Shown here: positions 45,725 to 56,037 of the stretch, piece by piece
How the letters are laid out: each line of letters begins with the position of its first letter
How positions within the stretch are numbered: the first letter of the stretch is position 1
Origin: an uncultured virus (IMG/VR IMGVR_UViG_2061766007_001347)
Lineage: Duplodnaviria > Heunggongvirae > Uroviricota > Caudoviricetes
DNA: 64,000 nt
Direction: 5' to 3' (one strand)
IMG/VR virus record: IMGVR_UViG_2061766007_001347
The notes under the pieces: model-generated
What the model was told of the DNA's origin: nothing
Database searches by the model: none
What the model saw: the letters and a program-made list of their open reading frames with translations, nothing else
Program-made: the position numbers and the translations under genes

Positions 45725-47432
45725 GTTACCTCCTTACATTTTGTAGCGAACCACGTACACCCTGTAGCGGTTCCATTTATAATTGTCAAAAACTTTATGA
45801 AGAATCTTTGACATGTCAACAAGTTTGAGATAAGTGTCTTCATCAATAGTAGCAATAAATGTATCTTTCTTATAATCTACAACACTATGTGAAATATCAG
45901 GATCGCAATAATTTGAAACAAATTCTTTGTTCACATTCTCATAACCATCAATAGCTGCATCAATGTGTTTAAGAATTGACTTTATAGAAAGAACATCAAG
46001 CTTAACTTTGCCAGTGCTTTCATATACAGAGTGCAATTCTGCAATAAAGAATCTGTCAAGAATATCAGCAAAGTCAGTCCAATCACCGGTACGATAAATA
46101 ACCTTTGGAAGTCTATCAAGATGAAATTCATTATAGGCTTCAAAACAGATTTCGTGTTCCATATCTGGTAAAAGAAAAACTTTGCTGTCCATAACTATAC
46201 CTCCAAGTATGGTTAAAGTAAATCACGAAGAAGTTTATCGAAAACAGCACAAGTCATGTTTTCAGGCCATGTATCGATTTTGCCGTTGCTCCTAATGTCC
46301 CAGAGTTCACCATCATCAGTGCGAACTTTGTAACCTTTCAAAGAATTCTTTTTAATCTCGCTACGGATATAAAAGAACGTAGTAATATTGTTTGTTGTTA
46401 TAACATCGTTGCCATTCGGATCAACAATTGTTACTGTCGGTTCAACAGGAATGTTATTGAGATCTATCATGTTCTTATGCCTTTATGTATTAAACTTTAG
46501 GGCGACGGTATTTCTTCCATGCCGCTAATTGATACAAGCCATCATAAATATCATCTTCCCATGAAGCAATACCTGTTCTTGGATCAACCGCACCTTCAGC
46601 ACCGTAATCTTCTTCATCATCTGCATTCCAATACGGATTATCATCATTCAATGATCTCCAAACCATTGCACTATCAAGTGACGGAACAAAGCTTACTGTT
46701 TCGTAATGGTTATCAGTTTCATCAAATGAAAACACAAACACTGAATCAGGATCATCTTCAGGGAAATTTTCTAACTTATCAATGTAACCATAATAAGGAC
46801 TGTCAATATAGAAGTGATTAAACTTTAATTCAATACCTGTCAATGCAGTAAACTTCTGTGCCATTTTATCAGCTTTTGCACGGGCACCATCGAGATTAAG
46901 ATTCTTTTCAAACTTCATATTATTGCTCCTTATAAAAGTTCACAAAGAAGGGATTCGGCAACATCTCCAGGGATATCACCTTGTGGCCAATCATTGATTC
47001 TGCCATAATGATCTATTTCACAAATGAACCCACTGGCAGTTCGAATTTTGTAACCAGTCCATTTGTGATGGCGGATTTCAACCCTTGCAAACAAAATTGC
47101 AATAGGATTGTTGGTAGTGATGAGATCTTTGCCATCAGGTGTTATAAGTGTTACAGTCGGTTCAACAGGCAGATTGTCAAAGTTGATTGTCATGGCAAGA
47201 CCTCCTTATCTTTTTAAGATTTAGCGAATGATGCGACCGTCATCACCGATCGGCTGCTGTTTTGCCATTTTGTGGCAGAAGTTACGATTAACATAATCAC
47301 TGCCCCAACCTTTCATTTTCTCAACCTCGGCAAAGGAATCGTTATGCTTTGTGAAACGGTATTCTTTGCGATGTTCCTTTCCGTATTTGATTGCTTTGTG
47401 CATGCTCATGTGTCAGTTCCTTATCAGTTCAT

Positions 47433-47785
47433 TGAATGGATCCATTCCATTCATTTTATGAGTTATTTATAACATAATTTGTGGATCTTGTAAATGGATT
47501 TTTTCTTTTCCATTCATTTTTTCCACATTGTCAAAGAACCATCAAATGGATCCATTCCATCCATTTGATAGCAATATAGTATCACATTTGCTATGTGCTG
47601 TAAATAGAAAAATGCTCAAAAATAAAAATATTTTTCGTCAAAATCTGGCATGGGGTTTGCATAGGAAAAAACTGTGCCAGACTGATNNNNNNNNNNNNNN
47701 NNNNNNNNNNNTTTCTAAATTTTTCTATTGACAGATTAGTGAAAACTGTGTTATAATAAATCAGGTGGTCTGTGCAATTGTTGAC
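47433..47785 (-). promoter_or_regulatory. Composite block: tandem hairpin promoters + divergent plus-strand sigma70 promoter
   Basis: Hairpins at ~47433 and ~47541; TTGACA..TATAAT on + at ~47728-47756. Confidence 0.7.
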
Positions 47786-47849
47786 CAATATATACAAACA
47801 ACTTTAGGGATAGAATATATTATTACATTCTATCCCTATAATTGTATAA

Positions 47850-47877
47850 ACCGGAGAGTGTATACACTCTCCGGTTT
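47850..47877. terminator. Intrinsic terminator
   Basis: AACCGGAGAGTGTATACACTCTCCGGTT palindrome. Confidence 0.7.
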
Positions 47878-47883
47878 AATATG

Positions 47884-49092
47884 TTATGCTATTGCTCTAA
47901 CCATTGAACTCATTTCCATCAATTCTTCAACCATACCTTCATCAAACTCATCACTGACAATAACATCCTCAAGTTGAATTGGGTACGGGGTTTTTGTTTC
48001 ATTTTCATTATTCCAACTTTCCATTGTCAGCTCAACAAACAGTTTCTGCAATTTGCACCATGCCATAATCTTATCATAGTCAAGAGTGCCATCTAATTGA
48101 CGGAACTCGAGGTGCATACTTTTGCTGTTCTTTTTCACATTGCAGAAATTAAGTTTACGGTAACGATCCCAAATATAACGTTCACTTACTGTATGAGAAT
48201 AACGAGCACGATTGCCACGACGGCGGAGTGGAACCACTTTATCAAAACAGGAATCCTCAGATTTGCGATACCAACGAGCAAAGTGTTGGCACAATTCATC
48301 AGTTGCAGAATCAACTGCAAATGACATGTGAATGTGAGTACCACATGAAGTATTTACACAACCGTCTAATTCTTTTTTGACTAATTCACAGACCTTCTTT
48401 AATTCAGTCATATCCTTTTTGTTGCCAAGTGTATATATTGGCGAAGTCAATTCAAATCCTTTGAAACTTTCAGGTTGTGGGGATCTACGATGTACAGAGC
48501 AATCCCTTCCCAATTCCCATTGATTGCCATTATTCTTATGATAACTCATAACCGGATCATAACGATCAACACCTACGAGTTTATTCATTGCTTTGTTAAA
48601 GTTTGCAAGTTTAGCAGGATTGCCAATGAACTCTAATTCAACACCAATCTTAATTGGGCCAACTGAATCACGGTCAAACGTTGTGTTCTTTTTGACAGAA
48701 TCAATCAGTGCATTTATTGCTTCACGTTTCATCCGATACTTATGACCTGAACGCTTAAATATAACATTCAGACTGCATGGATTTGTCTTTGTGATTTCAA
48801 TACCCATTGCATTGATAATGTTTATTGCTTCATCAGACAGCGCAGTATTACGTGCACGTGCACGACGGGTAGGCACAGCTGTTGCATTTACAACCATACC
48901 TGCACGGTTGCAAAGTAAACCAAACAATCTACGGAGATATTTTTCTTTGTCCTCATTTGCCTTTTGAGCAAATACACGATCAGTAAATAAAGGCTTCATT
49001 AGAGGAAGGTACTTATTCGGATTTACAACCAATGCATTGAAACTAAAAGTTTTTTCTCCGATTGTAATTTTTGTGCTATTCACGAAAGGCAT
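47884..49092 (-). CDS. Putative amidoligase; homologue of 26702-27919
   Basis: IGVELEF, ELTSP, SCGTHIH, LEFRQLDGTL. Confidence 0.85.
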   Translation of the reverse strand: MPFVNSTKITIGEKTFSFNALVVNPNKYLPLMKPLFTDRVFAQKANEDKEKYLRRLFGLLCNRAGMVVNATAVPTRRARARNTALSDEAINIINAMGIEITKTNPCSLNVIFKRSGHKYRMKREAINALIDSVKKNTTFDRDSVGPIKIGVELEFIGNPAKLANFNKAMNKLVGVDRYDPVMSYHKNNGNQWELGRDCSVHRRSPQPESFKGFELTSPIYTLGNKKDMTELKKVCELVKKELDGCVNTSCGTHIHMSFAVDSATDELCQHFARWYRKSEDSCFDKVVPLRRRGNRARYSHTVSERYIWDRYRKLNFCNVKKNSKSMHLEFRQLDGTLDYDKIMAWCKLQKLFVELTMESWNNENETKTPYPIQLEDVIVSDEFDEGMVEELMEMSSMVRAIA

Positions 49093-49383
49093 GAAGATTT
49101 CTCCTTAAAGTTCAGTTCAATGGATGGACCATTCNNNNNNNNNNNNNNNNNNNNNNNNNNNNACTGTCAAATAGAAATTCTGTCTGAAATTATTTCAGTC
49201 TGTATCATCTGTGCAATCTAGGTCTCTTATGCAACCGTCATCACCTCCATCACAAATGCAATACTCATCGAGACATCTGTAACAGCAGAACACCAGTGGA
49301 TGCTCATCGTAATCGCAAACAATCACGGCATCCACATTGTGACCGCAATTAGCACAGACAGGGTGGCTATTCACGTTCATTGC

Positions 49384-50061
49384 TTAACCTATATAAATGT
49401 AACCAGATTTGCCATTGAATGAATAATGGACCTGAGCTTTCAAATCATAGTGGTATTTGTTATATGAGTAACGGTACCGTCGTTCTTTGTACAAACTAAC
49501 ATCCTTAATACACGTGGCACTTGCACGCTTGAACCCACGGATTCGATTAATCTTCGCCATAATGTTGTCAATGAAATTTTCAGGCAATTTCTCAATTGGT
49601 AAAGAACGACGGTAATTATCATCGTCATAAGACATATCAGGTTTTACTGATTTTGCATTATATCTGTTATTACGTTTACGATTTATTTCACAGGCTTCTT
49701 CAATACTATCTGTATAAGCCTTTCCTGATTTAATTATGTAGAATACTTTTTCTGAAATAGTTTCACCATCATCAGGCCACAGAGTTCTTGGGTGCCGTTT
49801 GTCGTAGTCGTATCTCTTAACTTTAATATTCATAGTGTCAGCATAAGAATAACGACATGAATCATCAAGTTGAGCACTACCTCTCACAATCCAAACACGA
49901 TACACATGCTTTTTATCTTTAGGATCAACAATATCCATGTGTGCTTCAGAATTAGAGAAAGAACCACCTTGCGTAAAAGGAGAGAGTTCAAATCCTTTGC
50001 TAAGGTATTCAGCAATAACTTTGTTGAATTGGCTGTTAAGTTTACAAATACCGAAAGACAT
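49384..50061 (-). CDS. Hypothetical; paralogue of 52841-53500
   Basis: SKG...SPFT..GS.S; RGFKRA.A.CI; FNGK.G. Confidence 0.8.
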   Translation of the reverse strand: MSFGICKLNSQFNKVIAEYLSKGFELSPFTQGGSFSNSEAHMDIVDPKDKKHVYRVWIVRGSAQLDDSCRYSYADTMNIKVKRYDYDKRHPRTLWPDDGETISEKVFYIIKSGKAYTDSIEEACEINRKRNNRYNAKSVKPDMSYDDDNYRRSLPIEKLPENFIDNIMAKINRIRGFKRASATCIKDVSLYKERRYRYSYNKYHYDLKAQVHYSFNGKSGYIYIG

Positions 50062-50177
50062 ATTTACCTCTCCTTCATGTGTATCGTGAATGGAATCCAA
50101 TTCCCATTCAATTTATGCGATTATTGTAATATAACATGGAATGAATGTCAAGGGATATTTTCTATCCCTTGATTTTC

Positions 50178-50654
50178 TTACGCCATCTTCATGGCTTTAT
50201 AGACTTTGTGTGCATCACAGGCACGAATCTCATTGTCATAGTTGTCATAGTCAGACATATAGTCGAGTGCAACCTCACATTTAGCAGTACATTTAATTCC
50301 GCGGGTCGGATAATCTTTTGCATTTTCACGAACAACCGCTTGAATCTTTTTGGCGAAATAATCTTTAATGCGGTCAACATCCATTCTTAAATCACAGAGG
50401 AAACCATTCGTATAACCCCATGCGTTGCGACCAGTTCCATAATGTTTGCTATACTCTTTGCTTATCACGAGACAGACATTTCCGTCAATCATTTCAGCAT
50501 CGGCAAACGGCCAATACCGTTCGGCTTTACGGCTGTTTTCCCACATACCATCTGACAACTGACCAAGAGTGCTTTTGAGAACATTCAGACTAGCGGAATC
50601 AGTGAGACCAGTATTGATGACGACGATGTTTTCTTTGTTTGCAAGCTTTGTCAT
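50178..50654 (-). CDS. Hypothetical phage protein
   Basis: GQLSDGMWEN; start revised to ATG after SD. Confidence 0.75.
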   Translation of the reverse strand: MTKLANKENIVVINTGLTDSASLNVLKSTLGQLSDGMWENSRKAERYWPFADAEMIDGNVCLVISKEYSKHYGTGRNAWGYTNGFLCDLRMDVDRIKDYFAKKIQAVVRENAKDYPTRGIKCTAKCEVALDYMSDYDNYDNEIRACDAHKVYKAMKMA

Positions 50655-50676
50655 GTCAGTATCTCCTATGAAGTTC

Positions 50677-51045
50677 AATGAATGGATCCATTCCATTCAT
50701 TTTATGAGTTATTTATAACACACATTGTGGAATCTGTCAATAAGAATTTTCTTATTTTTGACAGATTTTCAAGGAACCATGAATGGAATCCATTTGTTCC
50801 ATTCATTTTATGAGTATATAGTATCATAGTTCAGTTATTCCGTCAATAGAAAAATTCAGAAAAATAGCTAAAAATTTTTTAGAAAATAGGCAATTTTCTT
50901 GTTGACAGACTAATTTTTCTGTGGTATAATTGCACAGTTTAGACCAGATTTTATCCTAGATTGCACAGCTAATTCCGCCCAATTTATTATATCACAGATT
51001 TTTAGCCTTGTAAATAGAAAAATAAAGAAAAAGTGTATCAGATTT
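50677..51045 (-). promoter_or_regulatory. Composite block: tandem hairpin promoters + divergent promoter + ATTGCACAG motifs
   Basis: Hairpins at ~50677 and ~50779; TTGACA..TATAAT on + at ~50902-50930. Confidence 0.7.
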
Positions 51046-52351
51046 AATCAGAAAAACTGACATANNNNNNNNNNNNNNNNNNNNNNNNNNNNNNNNNNNN
51101 NNNNNNNNNNNNNNNNNNNNNNNNNNNNNNNNNNNNNNNNNNNNNNNNNNNNNTTATATTATTTGGCAACTTCAATAATGTATGACCTATTTTATGACTT
51201 CTAAATGATGTACTAATTACACTGAAATCTGCAATATCATGGAGTGACATTTCAATAGCATCTATAATTGCTAATTTATCAACTTTGTTTATTTCCGCCC
51301 AATAATTTATAAGACCATACAAATCGACATCTTCAACAAGACAACTCATTATATGTTCAGGCTTGCAAACAATATATTGTGTAAATATATATTCAACAGT
51401 TGTGTCGTGCTCAAATCGTTTGAGATTCTCTAAATACATATTAAGATTCCCTTCCTATGTCACCAATGATTGCAAGCAAAAGAAATGCAACTATACATAT
51501 AACAAAGAACAGAATAATCCTCATTCTAATCTCCGTTATGCTTTTCTAATCGTTTCTTTTCGATGAATGTGTAATGCACAAAGTATGCTATCTTTGTTAG
51601 AATTATTCCTATACCAATTCCGAGCAATAGATATATCATGGTGTATCGCTCCTTAAAGTTTTTCGGAGATCTATAAGCCACATAGCATACCGCCAATTGC
51701 ACTTTGCAGGGAATCCTTGACGGTTGTCTATATTACAATAATCCATATATGGCTTTGATGTGTAGACAGGATAGAGGCTTCCATCTTTCAACCTTATCAC
51801 CTTATATAAATATACAGAGTTTGACCTCCTAAAGCATCTTTTTGACAAACCATTTAGAAGTCTGTTAATACGGTCCGCTGCTAATGAATATCTGTGTTTG
51901 AATGTAAGTTTCTTCATGTCTAATTCCTTTTTACTTTTCCTGATAAAGGTGATACGTGAATGACAGTACCATCAATGGATGTGAAATATGATTCTACTGA
52001 TTTGCATTTATATTCAGCAGCAAGTGACCACAATTGTTTAATAGCAGAAGACTCATTCTTTTCACTTCCAATTACAGTACTGAAATTCCCATCGTCGTTC
52101 ATATATGTAAATTTCCATGTTACAGAATGAGTCTTCATAATCTATTCCTTTCTGGTTGATTTAATTATCCGTGTAACTGTAAGGACTTCTTTTACTTCGT
52201 ACCAATCTCGTGAATCTCTATGAGCCTCCATCTCTGCAGCAGCTGCAAACAGTGCAACACCGTAATCGTCATAAGTCTCAATATGTGTACCACCACCTTT
52301 GAAATGATAGGTAACAATGTATTCTGTTTTGGATGTTGAATCACTCATTGG

Positions 52352-52531
52352 CTAATCCTCACATCTATTTCCATGCTCGTCCCATATAGAGAGGCACACA
52401 GCATCATCTTCAAACCGAACACAGTCTTTATGTAAACCTGTCCACCCCTCAGCATCTTCAAGATAAACCTCAAGGTTCTCATCAAAAGTATCGAGTAAAT
52501 GAATAAGTTCTTTAACTGTTAAGATATTCAT
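52352..52531 (-). CDS. MTVxELIExL family member (not in ORF track)
   Basis: Hand translation MNILTVKELIHLLDTFDE. Confidence 0.75.
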   Translation of the reverse strand: MNILTVKELIHLLDTFDENLEVYLEDAEGWTGLHKDCVRFEDDAVCLSIWDEHGNRCED

Positions 52532-52840
52532 ACAGCGTTCTCCACTGGACAGTATTTATCTGACATAATATGTAGTTCATAGACATCATCATAAACGTCA
52601 GAAATGTCAAAGCAGTCATTTTCATCAGGTTTAAGTGAAGCAATCTCATCAATAAGCTCATCAATGAGAGTAGCAATACGGATTCCTTTTCGTTTATTTT
52701 CGGACATGGTTCAACTCCATTTGTCAACTGCAAAGAAAAGAGCAACAAGAACTGCAACAAGAATAACTATTGCAACAATTTGTGCTACCATGTTTATCAC
52801 TCCTTAACAACTCTATAAATTGTTAGCGGTCTGTGCAATC

Positions 52841-53500
52841 CTACTTGAGTGAAATGATTCCTGTCTTGCCATTGAACTTGTATTTAACATTTGCTTTCAA
52901 CTTTGAATCGTATTTGTAAATTTCAACAGTGTCAATACAAGATGCAGTAGCACGTTTGAATCCACGGTTACTATTGATCCGTTTCATAATTCCATCAATA
53001 AATGCAGCGGGCAATTTTTCCTTTGCTACTAATCTGCCATAATTGAAAGGATTGGCAACAGGTTGATTCATCATACGGTCAAGTGCTAAATTTACAAGAC
53101 GGGTTGCTTCTTCAAGATCATCAGAGAATATCTTATTGCTATTTCTTTCTTTAAACATGTAGAACAACTTCTCATAAACGACCTCACCATAATCAGGCCA
53201 TAGAGTCTGTTCTTTGCTTATCTTACCATCATATCCTACACCTGCTAAATACTTTTTAGCACGAGGACCCATTACATCAACCTTCTGCCACCAATCTTTT
53301 CCAACCTTTACAGATTCTTCAACCATCCAAATGCGGATTATATGTGAATTATCTCCAGGTTTAATCATATCAACATGGGTCTTTGTCTTCGAGTAGGATC
53401 CGTTCTCTGTAAAAGGAGAAACAATATATCCCTTACTCATGAAATCCATGATGGCGGCATTGAATTGACGCGCAACTTCACTAGCGGTTACAACTGTCAT
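52841..53500 (-). CDS. Hypothetical; paralogue of 49384-50061
   Basis: Shared motifs. Confidence 0.8.
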   Translation of the reverse strand: MTVVTASEVARQFNAAIMDFMSKGYIVSPFTENGSYSKTKTHVDMIKPGDNSHIIRIWMVEESVKVGKDWWQKVDVMGPRAKKYLAGVGYDGKISKEQTLWPDYGEVVYEKLFYMFKERNSNKIFSDDLEEATRLVNLALDRMMNQPVANPFNYGRLVAKEKLPAAFIDGIMKRINSNRGFKRATASCIDTVEIYKYDSKLKANVKYKFNGKTGIISLK

Positions 53501-53549
53501 GTTACTTTCTCCTTATGTATTGAAAGGACCCATTCCTATTCAAGTATAA

Positions 53550-53879
53550 TTAGTTCCAATGCAAATCTGCAAACTTTCTTCCCCATGCAGCCTTTGCATT
53601 TTCTAGTATCCGTTTTCCTTTTTCAGTGATTGACCACTTCTGTGAATATCTGTCATAACTTGCAATACCTTTGCGGTGCATTGCAGAAAACGTAGTTGAC
53701 ATGTGACCTCTCCACATATCGGGATCATAGGCATTCTTCACATGCCACACCTTTTCAAGTATTGTACGTTTTGAAGTAGGGCCTTCTCTATCAAGCAGAG
53801 ACAGAACTGACAAATAACGTGTAGGTTTACCTGATTTATGTAACGGACAAACGAATGAGTATGAATCCCATGCTGGCAT
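53550..53879 (-). CDS. Putative winged-helix protein
   Basis: VLSLLDREGP.SK...WSITEKG. Confidence 0.6.
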   Translation of the reverse strand: MPAWDSYSFVCPLHKSGKPTRYLSVLSLLDREGPTSKRTILEKVWHVKNAYDPDMWRGHMSTTFSAMHRKGIASYDRYSQKWSITEKGKRILENAKAAWGRKFADLHWN

Positions 53880-53900
53880 AATTTAATCCTTTATGTGTTT

Positions 53901-53965
53901 AATGAATGAATCCATTTCCATTCATTTTATGAGTATGTTATATCACGGTTCACGTTTTCTGTCAA
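53901..53965 (-). promoter_or_regulatory. Type-B promoter + leader hairpin
   Basis: Consensus layout. Confidence 0.75.
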
Positions 53966-54183
53966 TAAGAATTTTTGCTTATTGACATTTTGCAGTTTCC
54001 AAATGAATATACATCCATTCAATTGAGTTGTGAAAAGATTTCTTCATATCCTCAATAAAAGCAATTGCTTGATCTACCGTCGGAAATGGAGCAATCATTG
54101 GAGATTCTGTGTACGCTCTTGTGCCTTGTTTGAACATATATTCCACAACACAGTTCATAGTAATACCTCTTTTCGTTATCTCC

Positions 54184-54246
54184 ATGAATGGATCCATTCC
54201 ATTCATTTTATGGTTATGTTATATCACAGAACGGAATTGTTGTCAA
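54184..54246 (-). promoter_or_regulatory. Type-B promoter + leader hairpin
   Basis: Consensus layout. Confidence 0.8.
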
Positions 54247-54257
54247 TAGGAATTTTA

Positions 54258-54608
54258 CTATCCCCAAATCCATGAACCACGTTCAAGTTGACGAATCTCA
54301 CCTTCACAGATTTTCGCTTCGACAACCTGTCCTGCATATTTAGCAACCATCCGTTTCACAGCAGTTAACTGTTTTGTAGTGAAGAATCCTTTGTCCTGGT
54401 ACCATTTTGCAAAGGATGAACCTAATTTTGCATCCTGCGGTTTAAACCCTACACCGTTGTGATACTTAACAGTTTCCTGACGTTGCTCATCGGCAACCTG
54501 ACGATCGTACACAAACATAAGGGTATGAATTGCAGTGGAGTCTTTGTCAGCAATCTGTTTACGAAGTTTTTCGACGATTTCTTTTTTGCTTGTGAACTGA
54601 ATTGCCAT
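54258..54608 (-). CDS. Close homologue of 4055-4405
   Basis: Both 116 aa; NGVGFKPQDAK identical. Confidence 0.85.
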   Translation of the reverse strand: MAIQFTSKKEIVEKLRKQIADKDSTAIHTLMFVYDRQVADEQRQETVKYHNGVGFKPQDAKLGSSFAKWYQDKGFFTTKQLTAVKRMVAKYAGQVVEAKICEGEIRQLERGSWIWG

Positions 54609-54627
54609 GTCAAATCTCCTTATCCTT

Positions 54628-54945
54628 AATGAAGGGATCTATTCCATTCATTTTATGAGTTATTTATATCACAGATTAAATCTGTTGTCAATAAGAATTT
54701 TCTTATTTTTGACAGATTTTTCAAAGAGGATTGAATGGATCCATTGTTTCCATTCAATTTATGAGTATATTGTAACACAGTTTTTGGCTGCTGTAAATAG
54801 AAAAATGCTGAATTTTTGACGAAAATTGTATCAGATTGTATCAGAAATTTATCAGATTTCTGATACAATTTTCTGAAATTTTTCTATTGACAGATGGTTA
54901 AAAATGAGTTATAATTATAACAGGTGGACTGTGCAATCTTTTGAG
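54628..54945 (-). promoter_or_regulatory. Composite block: tandem hairpin promoters, TGTATCAGA motifs, divergent promoter
   Basis: Hairpins at ~54628 and ~54730; TTGACA..TATAAT on + at ~54887-54915. Confidence 0.7.
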
Positions 54946-54952
54946 ACAACTA

Positions 54953-54992
54953 AACCCATTATAATTATTTTATAGAATAATTATAATGGGTT
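54953..54992 (-). terminator. Hairpin closing the tRNA operon
   Basis: AACCCATTATAATTATT...AATAATTATAATGGGTT. Confidence 0.65.
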
Positions 54993-55002
54993 AAATTATA
55001 TA

Positions 55003-55076
55003 TTCCACCTGCACGATTTGAACGTACATTGTAGGAGTCAGAATCCTATGTCCTAACCAATTGAACGAAGACGGAT
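55003..55076 (-). tRNA. tRNA-Gln(CUG)
   Basis: Cloverleaf; TAGGA-TT-CTG-AC-TCCTA. Confidence 0.85.
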
Positions 55077-55094
55077 TAAATACAATCGTATAAA

Positions 55095-55186
55095 TGGACG
55101 CGGCAGGACTCGAACCTGCTATTCCGAATTCAAATGTGATTTGCATTCCTCGCGAGAGGTGTTTTACCTCGATAAACTACACGCCC
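55095..55186 (-). ncRNA. Atypical tRNA-like RNA with Ala-type G3.U70 acceptor and non-canonical anticodon region
   Basis: GGGCGTG/CGCGTCC-A, D and T arms; two short hairpins replace the anticodon/variable arms. Confidence 0.7.
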
Positions 55187-55192
55187 ATAAGA

Positions 55193-55263
55193 TGTGCCCA
55201 CAAGGACTTGAACCTTGATAGACGGATTAAAAGTCCGCTATTCTACCTTTGAATTATAGGCAC
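55193..55263 (-). tRNA. tRNA-Lys(UUU)
   Basis: GCGGA-CT-TTT-AA-TCCGT. Confidence 0.9.
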
Positions 55264-55282
55264 ACAAAATGCTCCAAGAAAA

Positions 55283-55356
55283 TAGATGTAGGAGGACTTG
55301 AACCTTCAACCTACGGCTTCGTAGGCCGTTGCTCTATCCAGTTGAGCTATACATCC
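55283..55356 (-). tRNA. tRNA-Arg(ACG)
   Basis: ACGGC-CT-ACG-AA-GCCGT. Confidence 0.92.
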
Positions 55357-55361
55357 ATAAA

Positions 55362-55433
55362 TAGGGAATAACAGATTTGAACTGTTCTTACCACATTATC
55401 AGTGTGGCGTCCTCACCTCTAGACGAATTCCCT
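55362..55433 (-). tRNA. tRNA-Ile(GAU)
   Basis: CCACA-CT-GAT-AA-TGTGG. Confidence 0.85.
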
Positions 55434-55443
55434 ATAATAAATA

Positions 55444-55540
55444 TTTGGCTGCTGGGATTCGAACCCATAACCTCTGATCCCTTAAATTTAAGGTGACTAT
55501 CTCATCAGTGTTCTGTTACCATGTTTTAAACTACAGCCCA
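55444..55540 (-). ncRNA. tRNA-like RNA with a 25-nt expanded anticodon loop
   Basis: CTGAT/ATCAG stem encloses GAGATAGTCACCTTAAATTTAAGGG; T arm TGGG-TTCGAAT-CCCA. Confidence 0.7.
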
Positions 55541-55545
55541 TAAGA

Positions 55546-55619
55546 TGGTAGCGGGTCCGGGAATTGAACCCGGTCTATAAGGTTATGAGCCTTATGTGCT
55601 TCCGTTACACTCACCCGCA
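55546..55619 (-). tRNA. tRNA-Met(CAU) (Met or Ile2 class), CCA encoded
   Basis: TAAGG-CT-CAT-AA-CCTTA; 1:72 mismatch. Confidence 0.85.
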
Positions 55620-55623
55620 ATAA

Positions 55624-55796
55624 AACCATGTGTAGGAATTGAACCTACTCCTTTCATGGCATCTAATATGATTCCTATAATTGTGTTGATCCTGAACTTA
55701 TAGAGAAATGATTCTCTACTCGGGAATTGAACCCGACCAATTATAGGTATTAGTTTATAGCTACATGAATGTTCATTCCAATTGAACTTACATGGT
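55624..55796 (-). ncRNA. Double-headed tRNA-like RNA (outer tRNA + nested circularly permuted tRNA elbow)
   Basis: Two T arms, two D-like arms and two 7-bp acceptor-like stems joined by a long helix. Confidence 0.8.
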
Positions 55797-55799
55797 AAA

Positions 55800-55875
55800 T
55801 AGCAGTGGAGGGATTTGAACCCCCGACCAAGAGTTTATAAGACTCCTGCTCATAACCAGACTGAGCTACACTGCT
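55800..55875 (-). tRNA. tRNA-Ile(UAU)
   Basis: GGAGT-CT-TAT-AA-ACTCT. Confidence 0.88.
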
Positions 55876-55880
55876 ACAAA

Positions 55881-55954
55881 TCTAGGTGGCAAGATTCGAA
55901 CTTGCGACATCCTGGATCCTAACCAGGAACTCTACCAGACTGAGCTACACCTAG
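55881..55954 (-). tRNA. tRNA-Pro(AGG)
   Basis: CCTGG-TT-AGG-AT-CCAGG. Confidence 0.88.
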
Positions 55955-55958
55955 AAAA

Positions 55959-56032
55959 TCTAGACGGGTGGATTTGGACCACCGACCTCCTGAATCCAAA
56001 TCAGGCGCGCTACCAGACTGCGCTACGCCTAG
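55959..56032 (-). tRNA. tRNA-Pro(UGG)
   Basis: CCTGA-TT-TGG-AT-TCAGG. Confidence 0.88.
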
Positions 56033-56037
56033 AAAAT

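Noticed and set aside
55095..55186. tmRNA
   Set aside because: It has G3.U70 but is only 92 nt, with a D arm and no tag reading frame.
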